Translations under genes and position numbers: made by a program
The notes under the pieces: generated by a model
Seen by the model: only the letters and a program-made list of their open reading frames with translations
What the model was told of the DNA's origin: nothing
The model's database searches: none
Part shown: piece by piece, positions 22,040 through 33,859 of the stretch
Layout of the letters: each line of letters starts with the position of its first letter
How positions within the stretch are numbered: the first letter of the stretch is position 1
Origin: Octopus bimaculoides
Lineage: Eukaryota
Assembly (NCBI RefSeq): GCF_001194135.2
Contig: NC_068982.1
Span: 11,282,106 to 11,317,090 of the forward strand
Direction of reading: 5' to 3'
Length of the DNA stretch: 34,985 nucleotides

Positions 22040-22403
22040 GACAGGCTTCTTTCAGTTTCCATTTACCAGATCGACTCATATAGTCTGAGGCTATAGTAGA
22101 AAACACTTGCCCAAGGTGCCACACAATGGGACTGAACCTGGAACCATGTGGTTGGGAAGCAAGCTTCTTACCACACAGCCATATGTACCCTTGATATAGT
22201 TCTGAGAGGGAGATTTAGTGTAACACAGAATGTGACAAAGCTGGCCCCTTTTTTTTTAATTACAGGTACAACTCATTTTTGCCAAGGGAGTTGACTGGAA
22301 CAAAGAGAAGTAATGTGTCTTGCCCAAGGACTCAAGGACATGGGATTTGAACTCACAACCTTATGATTGTGAATTGAATATCCTAACCATTAAACCACAT
22401 GCG
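21715..22403 (-). mobile_element. SINE (head B + tail X) split by a nested SINE
   Basis: 21715-21815 and 22184-22280 are the reverse complement of 1561-1730. 22280-22403 resembles the head of 4113-4455. Confidence 0.75.
21816..22183 (-). mobile_element. CORE-like SINE nested within the 21715-22403 SINE
   Basis: Near full-length match to 25873-26243. Confidence 0.85.
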
Positions 22404-23567
22404 ATATAAAAGTTAGAAAGAGCCACATGTTGGTCATTCCTGCTTTAGAGACATGGATTTAATGGCATGGTCTTGAAAATCCAGGGAAAAGTCACAAAAT
22501 AATGTCACTCTATATAGAACTACAGTAAAACCTTTGTAGGTTGTGAGTTGCTCAACAGGAGGACCACAAGACTTTGGCAGGAATATTTGTCTTAGACATC
22601 ATCACCATCAAAAATACTGAATATACACTTGTAATGCCTTGATACTATTTAAGGTGTTTTCACACTGTACAAGTCATGTACTGTCAATAAATGACTTAAG
22701 TACTTTGTCTTTGCTTTAAAAAATTGAATAAAAATATTGTTCTTTTTTTTCATGTGTAATGCCATCAAATATAAGTTGTGTACAAGTCATGTACTGTCAG
22801 TTAATAACTGACTTAAGATATTGTTTTATAGTATTTAAATAAAACGTGACCGTTTTCCCAGTGAGATTTTTCCTCTCTAAAAATGTGACTTCGCTTTTCT
22901 GGATACCTGTTGTGACACAACAGCTTCAAAGCAGTCTTATCACAATTAATTGCTATTCAGTTGCAAACAGTGGAATTTTTTAGTAATATGCAATGCCAAA
23001 TTTGGTTCTTTGAGCAGGAAAAATCTATGTGCATTAGATCAATGTAACATCCCTTGCCTTCTCAAGGCTAAAGAAACCAGAGTGATTCAAAAAGGATTAG
23101 CTTTAGGTGAAATTTTTTTTGTTTTATTTTTTTAAGTTCTTTTAAACCTTTTGTCAGTATATTTCTCTTGAAATACACAGTCATTGTTTAAATTTATTTT
23201 GAAAAATAATGAAGAATTTAGTAAAATAACTTTGTTGTTATTAAGCTGGTGTTTGGAACAACATGAAATTCTGGAAGATTTTATGAATCACTTTGAAACA
23301 GAAAGTTTGTATTTGTATAATAGAACAAGAGGAGGTCTTAAGTGTGTTGGTATGAAGAGGGTTAAACAGGTTATTAAATTCTGAAATTTAGAAAATGGGA
23401 GTCTTAGATTTTATTAGCATATTTTCTTTTTTCTTTTCTTAGATATAAGGCATTTTTTAAAGAATTATTCTATAACCATAATTTAATTTTGAGTGCATAT
23501 AGTTAGCCCTAACTCATTTCAGAAACACTCCTGGATAGGGATTATGTCTGAGAAAAAAAAATTGTAT

Positions 23568-23792
23568 TTAATTCTTTATCATTCAGATTACCCAGTCACA
23601 TGTAATGCTTATTTATTCATAACAATTTGAATTAAACATGCATTATCGTCTAGCTTCGAGATTTTGATAATGTGATTATTTCTCTATGTCGGTTGAGAGG
23701 TTAGTTAATGGCCTTAATGGCCAGTTTGAACAGAAAACGGGTAGAATATAGAATATTTAGGCTGGATATGGCTGGTTTAAATACTAGAATTA
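23568..23792. mobile_element. Diverged copy of the 9094-9303 MITE
   Basis: Shared tggccagtttga...tagaatattt...ctggatatggc segments. Confidence 0.55.
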
Positions 23793-24371
23793 ATTTTACT
23801 GACATACAAGAGAGACAATCTGATTAAGTTTAAAACAATTACCTATCTTAGATTTGACATGTTTGTGGCATTATTTCCAACAAATTAACATCTTTGATTA
23901 TATATGATGATAATTTTGTTCAGCCCAAGATCTTTAACCTAAAATAGCCAAGCTATGACTATCCTGTCTTTCTAGGAGCATTTTAACTGCATTATCTAAT
24001 GTAGACATTTTTTGAATTTGGCAGGGCATGATTTGACAAAGATTCAAGCTACTATTTGTAGAAGGTCAAACAACTGCAGAGGGCCCTCTTTGGCTCACAT
24101 AGATCAATGTAGATCATATATAAATTATAGGGGGGAGGGTAAACACTGAGTCATCAGTGATACTAATATATTAAATTCTTTCTTATTTAGAAAGTATTTA
24201 ACTTGTACAGCGATAAAAGAATTATTAAAAGAAATTAAAATTTTGACACACAAGGCTAAAAAAAAGTGCCATTTGAACCAAATTATTGCAGTTTTATATA
24301 AGAACAGGATTCTATCTCCACTTAAAATATACCTCATAATATTGATTACTAACAGAACATATAAAAAGCAC

Positions 24372-24660
24372 TCAATATTCTCTGTAAAGTGGTTGGCATG
24401 ATGAAGAGCATCCAGCTGTAGAAACTAGGCCAAGATAGACTCTGGAACCTGGTGCAGCCCCTGTCAAGCCATTCAACCCATGCCAGCATGGAAAATGGAT
24501 GATGATGATGATAAGAGAAGCACAAAGCTTCAAATTTAGGCGATTAAGATCAATTAGATTTACTGCAGTATTTAAAAAGTACTTCGTTTATCAAATTCAA
24601 AAAGGTGAAAAGCAATGCTGACTTTGGCAAGCTTTGAACTCAAAACATAAATATGGTTCA
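24372..24660. mobile_element. RTE-tail SINE fragment (+, 24372-24512) followed by a degraded SINE fragment (-, ~24515-24660)
   Basis: Similarity to 886-1030 and, reverse-complemented, to 3960-4100. Confidence 0.6.
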
Positions 24661-25872
24661 CATTATTTGGAAGAAAAGTGTATAAACCACAAATGTAAAT
24701 GCTGCAAAGTAGCGCAAAGTTGCTGGCAAGTCAAGAATACACAATAGAATAAATCATTCTGAGCTATTTCATCTCTGTCTACCTGCAATTTTCTCTCTAA
24801 TCAACTACCTGGCAGGAGATGGGCTCCATCATGCTAATTCCTCCTCTTCTGCCAAAGAACTTATAAAATTTAAAAAAATAAAAACCTTTGCATTGACCCA
24901 ATGACAGCATCAAGAGACAGTTGAGACAGTTTGCATTTATTTTGACAATCCTGCTGATTGAGTAAATAGGTTGACAGTTCAAGAACTCAAAAAAAGTCAG
25001 AGGGATATTTTCACTTTACTGAGACAAATGGCCCTGTCACCTAGCTGTAAATTGATACAATTTAGGAACAATTAAATGCTATAAATAGAAGCAGCACTGT
25101 AAAATTGCTGAGTGTTTCCTTATTGTGCTGAATTCAAATGTGTACTTTATTTCAGCTAAGCTAATTACACTTAATGTGTCTAATTTTGTTCCATTAAGCT
25201 TTTATAAAGTGCTTTCTTTGGTAAGCATACTCCAGCGAGCGAAAAGATATAAAGTTTAGGCGATATTTTAAATATTAATTTATTATGTCAAAGACTATAT
25301 AACAAAGAAATATATTCAAAATTGTTATTTTCTTTAATAAGGAATTGCTGGTTTAAGTTTTAGGCAAACTTGAGAGAAAAATACATTAATAATTCAAAGA
25401 AGCTTATCCTGAACATGAATTAATAAACGAATATTGCCAAGTGCAAAAGCTCCTAACGTTTGGGAAATTATAATCTTGTATTCAAATAAAAGAATTGAAG
25501 GAGAAAAATCCTTGCATATAGATCAGAAGCAACTATTCTACAATTTCTTTGCTTCTCAGTAATAGAAAAGATAACCGTGTTAGATATTTGAGAAAACTAC
25601 AGGTTATCATCAATTTTAAATAAATAGATCTATTATTTTACATGCAACTTGAATGATTTAATTCAATTTTAAACTATTCCAAATAGTTATTCTATTTATG
25701 GAGGGAAAATTGGAATAAACCGCTTATATTTATCAAATTCTTTTCTATTGGCTTCATTTTAACAGCTGAGAGATACTTTGCATAATTTATTTTAAGTTGT
25801 AATGTTACTGCATTTTCAATTTTGTCACATGAATGGGAAATAAAAAATATCAACAACTAAATTTTTATCGAT

Positions 25873-26243
25873 ATTCTTTTGTTTTACTTGTTTCAGTCAT
25901 TTGACTGCGGCCATGCTGGAGCACTGCCTTTAGTCGACCAAATTGACCCCCCAAGACTTATTCTTTGTAGCCTAGTTTGTTCTCTTTTGCCAGACTGCTA
26001 AGTTACGGGGACATAAAGACACCAGCATCAGTTGTCAAGCGATGGAGGGGGGACAAGCACAGACACACAAACGCATACATATATATACATACATGATGGG
26101 CTTCTTTCAGTTTCCATCTACCAAATCCACTCACAAGGCTTTAGTCAGCCCGAGGCTATAGTAGAAGACACTTGCCCAAAGTGCCACTGAACCCGGAACC
26201 ATGTGGTTGGGATGCAAGCTTTTTTTCACAACATAGCCATGCC
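25873..26243 (-). mobile_element. Full-length CORE-like SINE
   Basis: Complete head and tail matching the other copies. Confidence 0.88.
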
Positions 26244-28474
26244 TAGACCTACATATATATATTATATACATATCCATCTAATTTGTTAGAAATCATCACA
26301 CTCCTACAGCAATTGTCCTGGGTAGGACTTTAAACTGGTAGTGGGGACTGGGTACAGGATGTCCAGTGTTTTGAGGAATGTGGAACCACCTCTTACCCAC
26401 TGTTGTTCCCAGGACTACTCTGACCCAGAGTGGAGGCACCTGTAAGGGCCCCAGCTATGGTTTAACTAGCAGGTGTACCAGCTGCTTCAAACCCAGGCTA
26501 CATCTGCTCTGATAATTGGCAAGGACTTGGTCTGCGAATCCTCTGTGACAGTCAAGAATTGATGGCAAGATGAGCTGCTATGGATCTCACTATCCCTGTG
26601 TATGCATGTAACTGGGGACCACATGTGACCTTGTATTTTCCACTGAAACTCCAAACAAACTACAGTTACGACATTCATGCTATCACCCAATGTGCTTGTT
26701 CCCTCAGTGGGGCATTTGTCAAGTTTGCAAGCTGGGATTTTGGGCCACAGGCAGAAGCACTACTTTGCCTGCTGGAACATTATGATCAACCGTCTGATGT
26801 GATGGACTTGTTGGTTGAAGACAGCTCAATCTACTAGTACAATTAAGTACACCTACAGCAAGACTCATCAACTAAAGGACTAACAAAAATATTTTCACAG
26901 CTTCTAGTAAAATAGAGGCCAAGACATACATTCAATGTATGAGGTTTTAATCCACTTTCTTTTTTTTTGAAGAGGATATGTTTTTTTAAGGCAATAACAG
27001 AAAGCAATTAAGTTTCATTGAAAAGCTAACAGCAGAAGATCTTAACTGATTAAAACTAATATAGTATACAGCTGCTACAAATAGATAAAATATTTTTTGC
27101 AAAGTTTTCTAACAAAGTTTAAGCCAAAAGAATTTATTTTCTTCCCTTTTTCTTTTTTGTTTGTCTGTTTGTTTAAATAACTTAATTCTGAATTTTAAAA
27201 AATAGAATCACATCTAAAACATCATACAACATACTTGGGAAATGTTTCAAAAATATTAAAACGGAAAATACTGCCAAAGATAAACCAGTACAGAGCAATA
27301 CAGAGATTAATATATTTTATTTGATCACAGTTTACATTTTTATGATTTTATCTTTATTTTTTTTTACAAAAATACTTCTCCATAAATGAGAATATATTAC
27401 TAAAAATGCATTTTAAAATCAAATTATTGCACATTTATAAAAGTAATAAAATTCAAATTTTTAGGTTTATTAATAATCAAGCAAGCCATGTGCATATTTT
27501 ACTTGCTATCCAAATAGAATAAAAAATGTGCAAATATTGATTTTTTAAAATTTATATAAATGTGTATGCATATAATATATATTATACATATATATTAAAC
27601 ATATATATATTATACATATATGTGCATTATATATATGGTATATACATATTATACATATATGTGCATTATATATGTTATATACATATATATATTATATATG
27701 TTGCACACTATGTTTAGGAAAATGTGTTCAAAAAAAAAAAGGAAAAAAAAACAAAACAAACTATATACAATGTTTTTGGAGAATGCATTCACTTATAGCT
27801 GGCACTGTATCCTTAAGTAGGAGGGAAATAAATTGTTTTTTTCACTCCCAGCTAGCAGCTTATATAAGTGGAAGTACCATATTTGCATGCACTTTTAGCA
27901 GTTTGTCAGAATTCAGAATCCCTTATGCTCTGCAAACTTGGAAATATTTCTGAAGAGGGTTTGGGGACTTTTTGCAAATTGACAATATCACTTGATCAAT
28001 TCACTTTTTAACAAATGTCAAGACACAAACTTACGACTATAAAAAATTTTGACTTAGCTTTGTTAAACGTTAGACCATTAAAAAGAAAAATGATTATGTA
28101 GTCTATTTTTTATCAAGAAATATATATTTTCAGTGACTAAATATGATTTTTATTTTATCTTTAAAAAATAGTTTTATGTTGATTACCTAAAATGGAGGGG
28201 AAAGCCTAAATATTAAAACTTAAGAATGAAATGAAATTAGAAGAAAAACTAACTATATGAAACATCTAAATTGCACAAGACAAGTGGTTTAGTTGCCTAA
28301 ATTGTATTAAAACCATTTAATATTATTTTAAATGAATGGAAAACAAAATTTAGATTTTTTTTTTTCTTCATCTATAACAGGATGTGTGCCAGTAAGTTAT
28401 GCTTTGTTCACAATGGTTTCAAAAGCAAAGGATTCAGTTAAAGAAAATAGGGACATATCTTGCACAATTTAACA

Positions 28475-29423
28475 NNNNNNNNNNNNNNNNNNNNNNNNNN
28501 NNNNNNNNNNNNNNNNNNNNNNNNNNNNNNNNNNNNNNNNNNNNNNNNNNNNNNNNNNNNNNNNNNNNNNNNNNNNNNNNNNNNNNNNNNNNNNNNNNNN
28601 NNNNNNNNNNNNNNNNNNNNNNNNNNNNNNNNNNNNNNNNNNNNNNNNNNNNNNNNNNNNNNNNNNNNNNNNNNNNNNNNNNNNNNNNNNNNNNNNNNNN
28701 NNNNNNNNNNNNNNNNNNNNNNNNNNNNNNNNNNNNNNNNNNNNNNNNNNNNNNNNNNNNNNNNNNNNNNNNNNNNNNNNNNNNNNNNNNNNNNNNNNNN
28801 NNNNNNNNNNNNNNNNNNNNNNNNNNNNNNNNNNNNNNNNNNNNNNNNNNNNNNNNNNNNNNNNNNNNNNNNNNNNNNNNNNNNNNNNNNNNNNNNNNNN
28901 NNNNNNNNNNNNNNNNNNNNNNNNNNNNNNNNNNNNNNNNNNNNNNNNNNNNNNNNNNNNNNNNNNNNNNNNNNNNNNNNNNNNNNNNNNNNNNNNNNNN
29001 NNNNNNNNNNNNNNNNNNNNNNNNNNNNNNNNNNNNNNNNNNNNNNNNNNNNNNNNNNNNNNNNNNNNNNNNNNNNNNNNNNNNNNNNNNNNNNNNNNNN
29101 NNNNNNNNNNNNNNNNNNNNNNNNNNNNNNNNNNNNNNNNNNNNNNNNNNNNNNNNNNNNNNNNNNNNNNNNNNNNNNNNNNNNNNNNNNNNNNNNNNNN
29201 NNNNNNNNNNNNNNNNNNNNNNNNNNNNNNNNNNNNNNNNNNNNNNNNNNNNNNNNNNNNNNNNNNNNNNNNNNNNNNNNNNNNNNNNNNNNNNNNNNNN
29301 NNNNNNNNNNNNNNNNNNNNNNNNNNNNNNNNNNNNNNNNNNNNNNNNNNNNNNNNNNNNNNNNNNNNNNNNNNNNNNNNNNNNNNNNNNNNNNNNNNNN
29401 NNNNNNNNNNNNNNNNNNNNNNN
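28475..29423. other. Assembly gap
   Basis: Run of N. Confidence 0.98.
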
Positions 29424-29561
29424 ACCGTACGTTTCTCTTGTTTGCTTTGTTTCATTAGTAGATATATATATTAACACACACACACGCGCGCGCGCATAAA
29501 TTTATACAGACATATCCACGTGCATACTCAAATATATACAGACATATCCACGTGCATACTC

Positions 29562-29592
<31 letters not shown>

Positions 29593-31455
29593 TAAAAATT
29601 ATCTTGTAATCTGTGGAAATCTAATACATTCTCCAAAATTATTTAAATAATGATTCATGAAAAAAAATATAAAAATTTGGTAAATGACCTACTCTTAAAT
29701 TGAAGCACCATCAATACTAATCCAGCAACTTATAGTTCAATACATATTTGATAAACTTGAAAGAAAGAATTTAATAAAAAAAAAAACAAAGAAACAACTG
29801 TAATGTGACAATGGCAAAAAAAAAAAACTAGAATTTTAAATAAAATTAAAAATAAACAAGAATATTATAGAAAACAGAATGAATATATGAACTATATTTA
29901 ACAAACTGCTTAGTTACCAGTTTCTTAAACTGCATAAAACAAAACAATGAAAATGACCATCAGTGTAAAGCAGTAACAAAAAAATTAATCACGGATTGAA
30001 AAACAAAATGAAGAAGGGAAGGGAAATGTATTTAAGATGGTATTTTTTCAAATTATATATTTTCTAAATTTCACAATGTGGTTCAGCCAAGAGTTTTGAC
30101 CGATAAGTGAATAACCAAATAACCCAAAATAGTTCTGACCAATCCCCTTTTTTTTATTTTCATGTGAACGTTATTTTGTTGATTATCATTTTGAATTGGT
30201 GAATAGGAAGAACTCTCACACTCACACAGACAAATCCTACAAAAAAAAAAAAACACTTACAAAAGGCATTCATTCAATCGTTATTTTTTCTTTTTTTAAC
30301 CAAGTGTTCAAAAAGCTTCCATCCTTGAATATGAAATTGAAATTTTTCCAAAATTGCTAGTTTAAAAATAAAAGTAAAAAAGATACACAGAAAATTATGC
30401 TAACTATTTACACATGCAGAATACTCAAATAAGTCACATGAGCGTGTCAATATGCATGAAGCCTAGTCTGAAAAATGAAATAACTAATTATTATTAACAT
30501 AATACACCCATCAGTCCACATTTTTTTAATATATTTTTCTTTTTGTGTGGAACTGCTTTGGAAAAAGAAGATTCTATAGCACTAAAGCTTCAAGATTAAA
30601 GTGAAATATATGATGCATTTGAAGACAATTATCAAAAGAATTGGCAATAATTTCATATATATATATGCATTAGCCTTAATAATAATAATAATAATATCTG
30701 AAATAAAAAAAAAAATTGAAACTAGTTCCCGAATAGTGTTCACCAAGATGCAAGTCATTGATTTAAGTCTGTATGGTACCCCAGTTTAGCTTTAAGTCAC
30801 ACGACATGTACCTTTAATGTCAGAGCCAAAAAGCAATATTTAAAACAATATTGTATGAATAATGAAAAACTGAAAACATTTTTTTTTTTTTGTTTCATAG
30901 ATTCATGTAAGTAATTGATAAATTACTCAAACACCTGCAGTTAGTTCAGTTTTCTCACCATAAAGCAATAAGAACATATACAGCGTTATCTAAATGTACA
31001 CATTTGTATAAAGAGTATCATATTTCACTCAATGAAAATGCAAACATGAAAATTCTGATCATATTCTCACAGATATTTTAGAATTGTATAAGTAAATTTG
31101 AATTGACTAAAAACAAATTGAATTTATTCTATAATTATTTTTATAATCTTGAATTGCAAGATCTTTGAAATAATTATGGTTTTAAGCAACATAAGGAGGA
31201 TACTTCCCCATAGAAATATTTTTAAAACTTTTCAAATGTCAGCAAAAATCACTTCATTTTTTTTTTTTATCTGATTCAGCAAACACCAGGAGAAAATGGC
31301 AATACTTATTTTTATATAGTGAATCAAGACAAACTACTATGTAAAATTAATACTATTTAATTAATAACAGATGTAAAATTCTCAGTTGTTTAATAATTAA
31401 ACAGAATCCCATTTAGACAGCAGATCATTTTCAGTGAAGTGTTCGCTTTGCAGCC

Positions 31456-31500
31456 CTAATATTGGTGATGTACGCGCAGGTAACTGATCACCTCAGATTT
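31456..31500 (-). CDS. Candidate terminal coding exon KSEVISYLRVHHQY* of an unidentified gene
   Basis: Branch-like CTAAC and acceptor tgacag|, then a CpG-containing block in AT-rich DNA ending in TAG. No homology recognised, and an alternative + strand exon overlaps it. Confidence 0.25.
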   Translation of the reverse strand, partial: KSEVISYLRVHHQY

Positions 31501-33820
31501 CTGTCATAATTGAACAGTTAGATAATGTAAAAAGCTAACTTAGAATATCAGAAATTTATGGTACATGCAATATTTTCAGCTATATTATATGAATGCGTCT
31601 GGATATGCATGTGTGTACACGCATGTGCGCAGTTGTACTCCACTGTCAAACATGGAAAAATGTATGCCAACACCTGAGAATAAAACCACTAAAATGAATT
31701 AGAAAATAAAAAAGATTGAAGGATATTTTTACCTAAGTATTTTAGATCTTCCTAGTTATGTACACAATAGATATATTTAGTTGAAATATCCCTATGTATA
31801 CAAACACAATTCAAACTTTTACAATTCTAAATTCTCATATATACTTCATATATTCAGATTTTTGAACCAGAATCTGAAAGGCCGGCATAAACTACTTACC
31901 AGCTGATATCAAGAAATAAAAGTCATGAACAGTAATTTATCGCATCAACTCTTATTTTTATGACAAGGCACAAACATGGTTTGATTGATTAGTTATGGAC
32001 AAAGACAGAATATAAAACTGTCGATTTAAAAAGAAAAAGAAGGCACAAACATCCCTCACTTGATGAGTTATACAAGTAGGGATAAGAGTGCCATACTAAT
32101 AATTTTCTGCACTCTTATTAAATGTTTAAATTAAAAAACACCACAAAATAAGTGCTTGAACACTATGTGTGGGGGAGAGAAAGAGAGAGAGATAGGAAAA
32201 AAAAAAAAGACCCAATTTTGAATCAAAATTGCTTTTAAACCAATAATGTTTCAATTGTTGTGAATACTATCTACCATTATTTTGTAAATATGGAAACATT
32301 AGTATACGGCAAGTAAAATTAGCGAACAGTCTAGCCTATACTGAGCTATTCAAAACTAAGAGAGAAGAATGAATGAACTAACTATAAAACGAATTATTGT
32401 GGATTAACAATTAAAAAAGCAAAATTAAATTGTAGAAAAAAAAAAAGAAAGAAAGAAAAAAGAAAATTAACTTATTTCCCATTTGAATTTTAAAGCAATA
32501 AGCCTTTAACTTGGTTGATTCATCTGGATATCTTATAAATTAATCAAGTAGTTTTCGGTAAAATTTCTCACTACACTAACTGTATAGTTCTCAAATCAAT
32601 ATACACCTAAATAAAAATTCAGTTATGAAGGAAAATTCAACAAAATTGATTCTAGGAATTTGTTTTCTGTTAGTGTTTTTTGATTTTTATTATCATGTTA
32701 ATAAAAAAAAAAAATGACATCTAAATTAACAGATAGCCCTATAATTGTTTAAATAAAACTGTTTTAAATATACTATTTAAACAACTCCATACAGAGTTAT
32801 TTTCGATTTTTTCCAATTTTATTTATTTGTTTTCCAAGATATGCAATTCTGATATTCCAGGAAGGAATAATATAAGCATATTTCTGATCCCCTACATAAG
32901 GCACTAATAATGAATGAATCTGTAAAAAAATAAACAAAACTTTTAAAATCATAGCCCAAAAAAGTAAATAGAAATGTTTTGGGAAATTTCTTTGAAATAT
33001 TGTTTTTGCTGAAAAATTCCATGAAATAATGGAAATTATAGGTAGTTTATGGTAAACTCATTTCGTATCAATAAATTTTCTATTTCAATCAACTAAAATA
33101 CATGAAATGAAAAAAATGCCGTTTTCCTTAAAATTAAATCCACTTAATTCTAAATTTAATTTTTCCTTTAATAAAATCTCAAATTACTGATACTCTAAAG
33201 ATCATCAAAAGAGTGTAACCAAAATGGAACTGCCTGCCCACCCCCCAAAAAACAAAGACTTATTTCCAAACCCTCCTTAGTAGGCCCTTAAAGATTGTTA
33301 TATGTTTAAAAATTTGCCTAATCATATTGGGGGGGGGGGGAGTTTAAAATCAATTCTTTAAATTGATATCAATTAAAAAAGAAACAGGTAAAAAACATTT
33401 TAAAAGCTTAGGCAAAGATCTGTTTACAGATATCTAAAATACTTTCAGCACTATCTACAATGCTACAACCACTGACTCAAATTTGGCAGTCAAATAAGCT
33501 ACTTTGTGTCTACATCCTGGGGAAGTCTTTCGTGTTTAGAATCCTAGCAGAGTTGTATGCTCCTTGATAGAAGAGGGTTGTTTACAAATTTATATATGTA
33601 TAGTCATTGATTTCTGCTGTCCATTCCTCTGTCCCAAGATCAATTTGTATGGATTGCTTAAACCATATATATATATATATATATATATTAGCTTAGAGGG
33701 ATATATATATGTGTAGGTCGTCGTAGCAACAAAAATATGTCGTACGATATTCTAAAATAAAAGGAAATAAATTTTGAGGATGTACCAGTCTCCAGATTCC
33801 CTATCATTATAATTATTGCA

Positions 33821-33859
<39 letters not shown>

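Noticed and set aside
31464-31492. C/D box snoRNA (GTGATG...CTGA with terminal stem)
   Set aside because: Only 29 nt and an imperfect C box; too short.
31899-32018. Minus-strand exon with good acceptor and gtaagt donor
   Set aside because: There are stop codons in all three frames, so no support as a coding exon.
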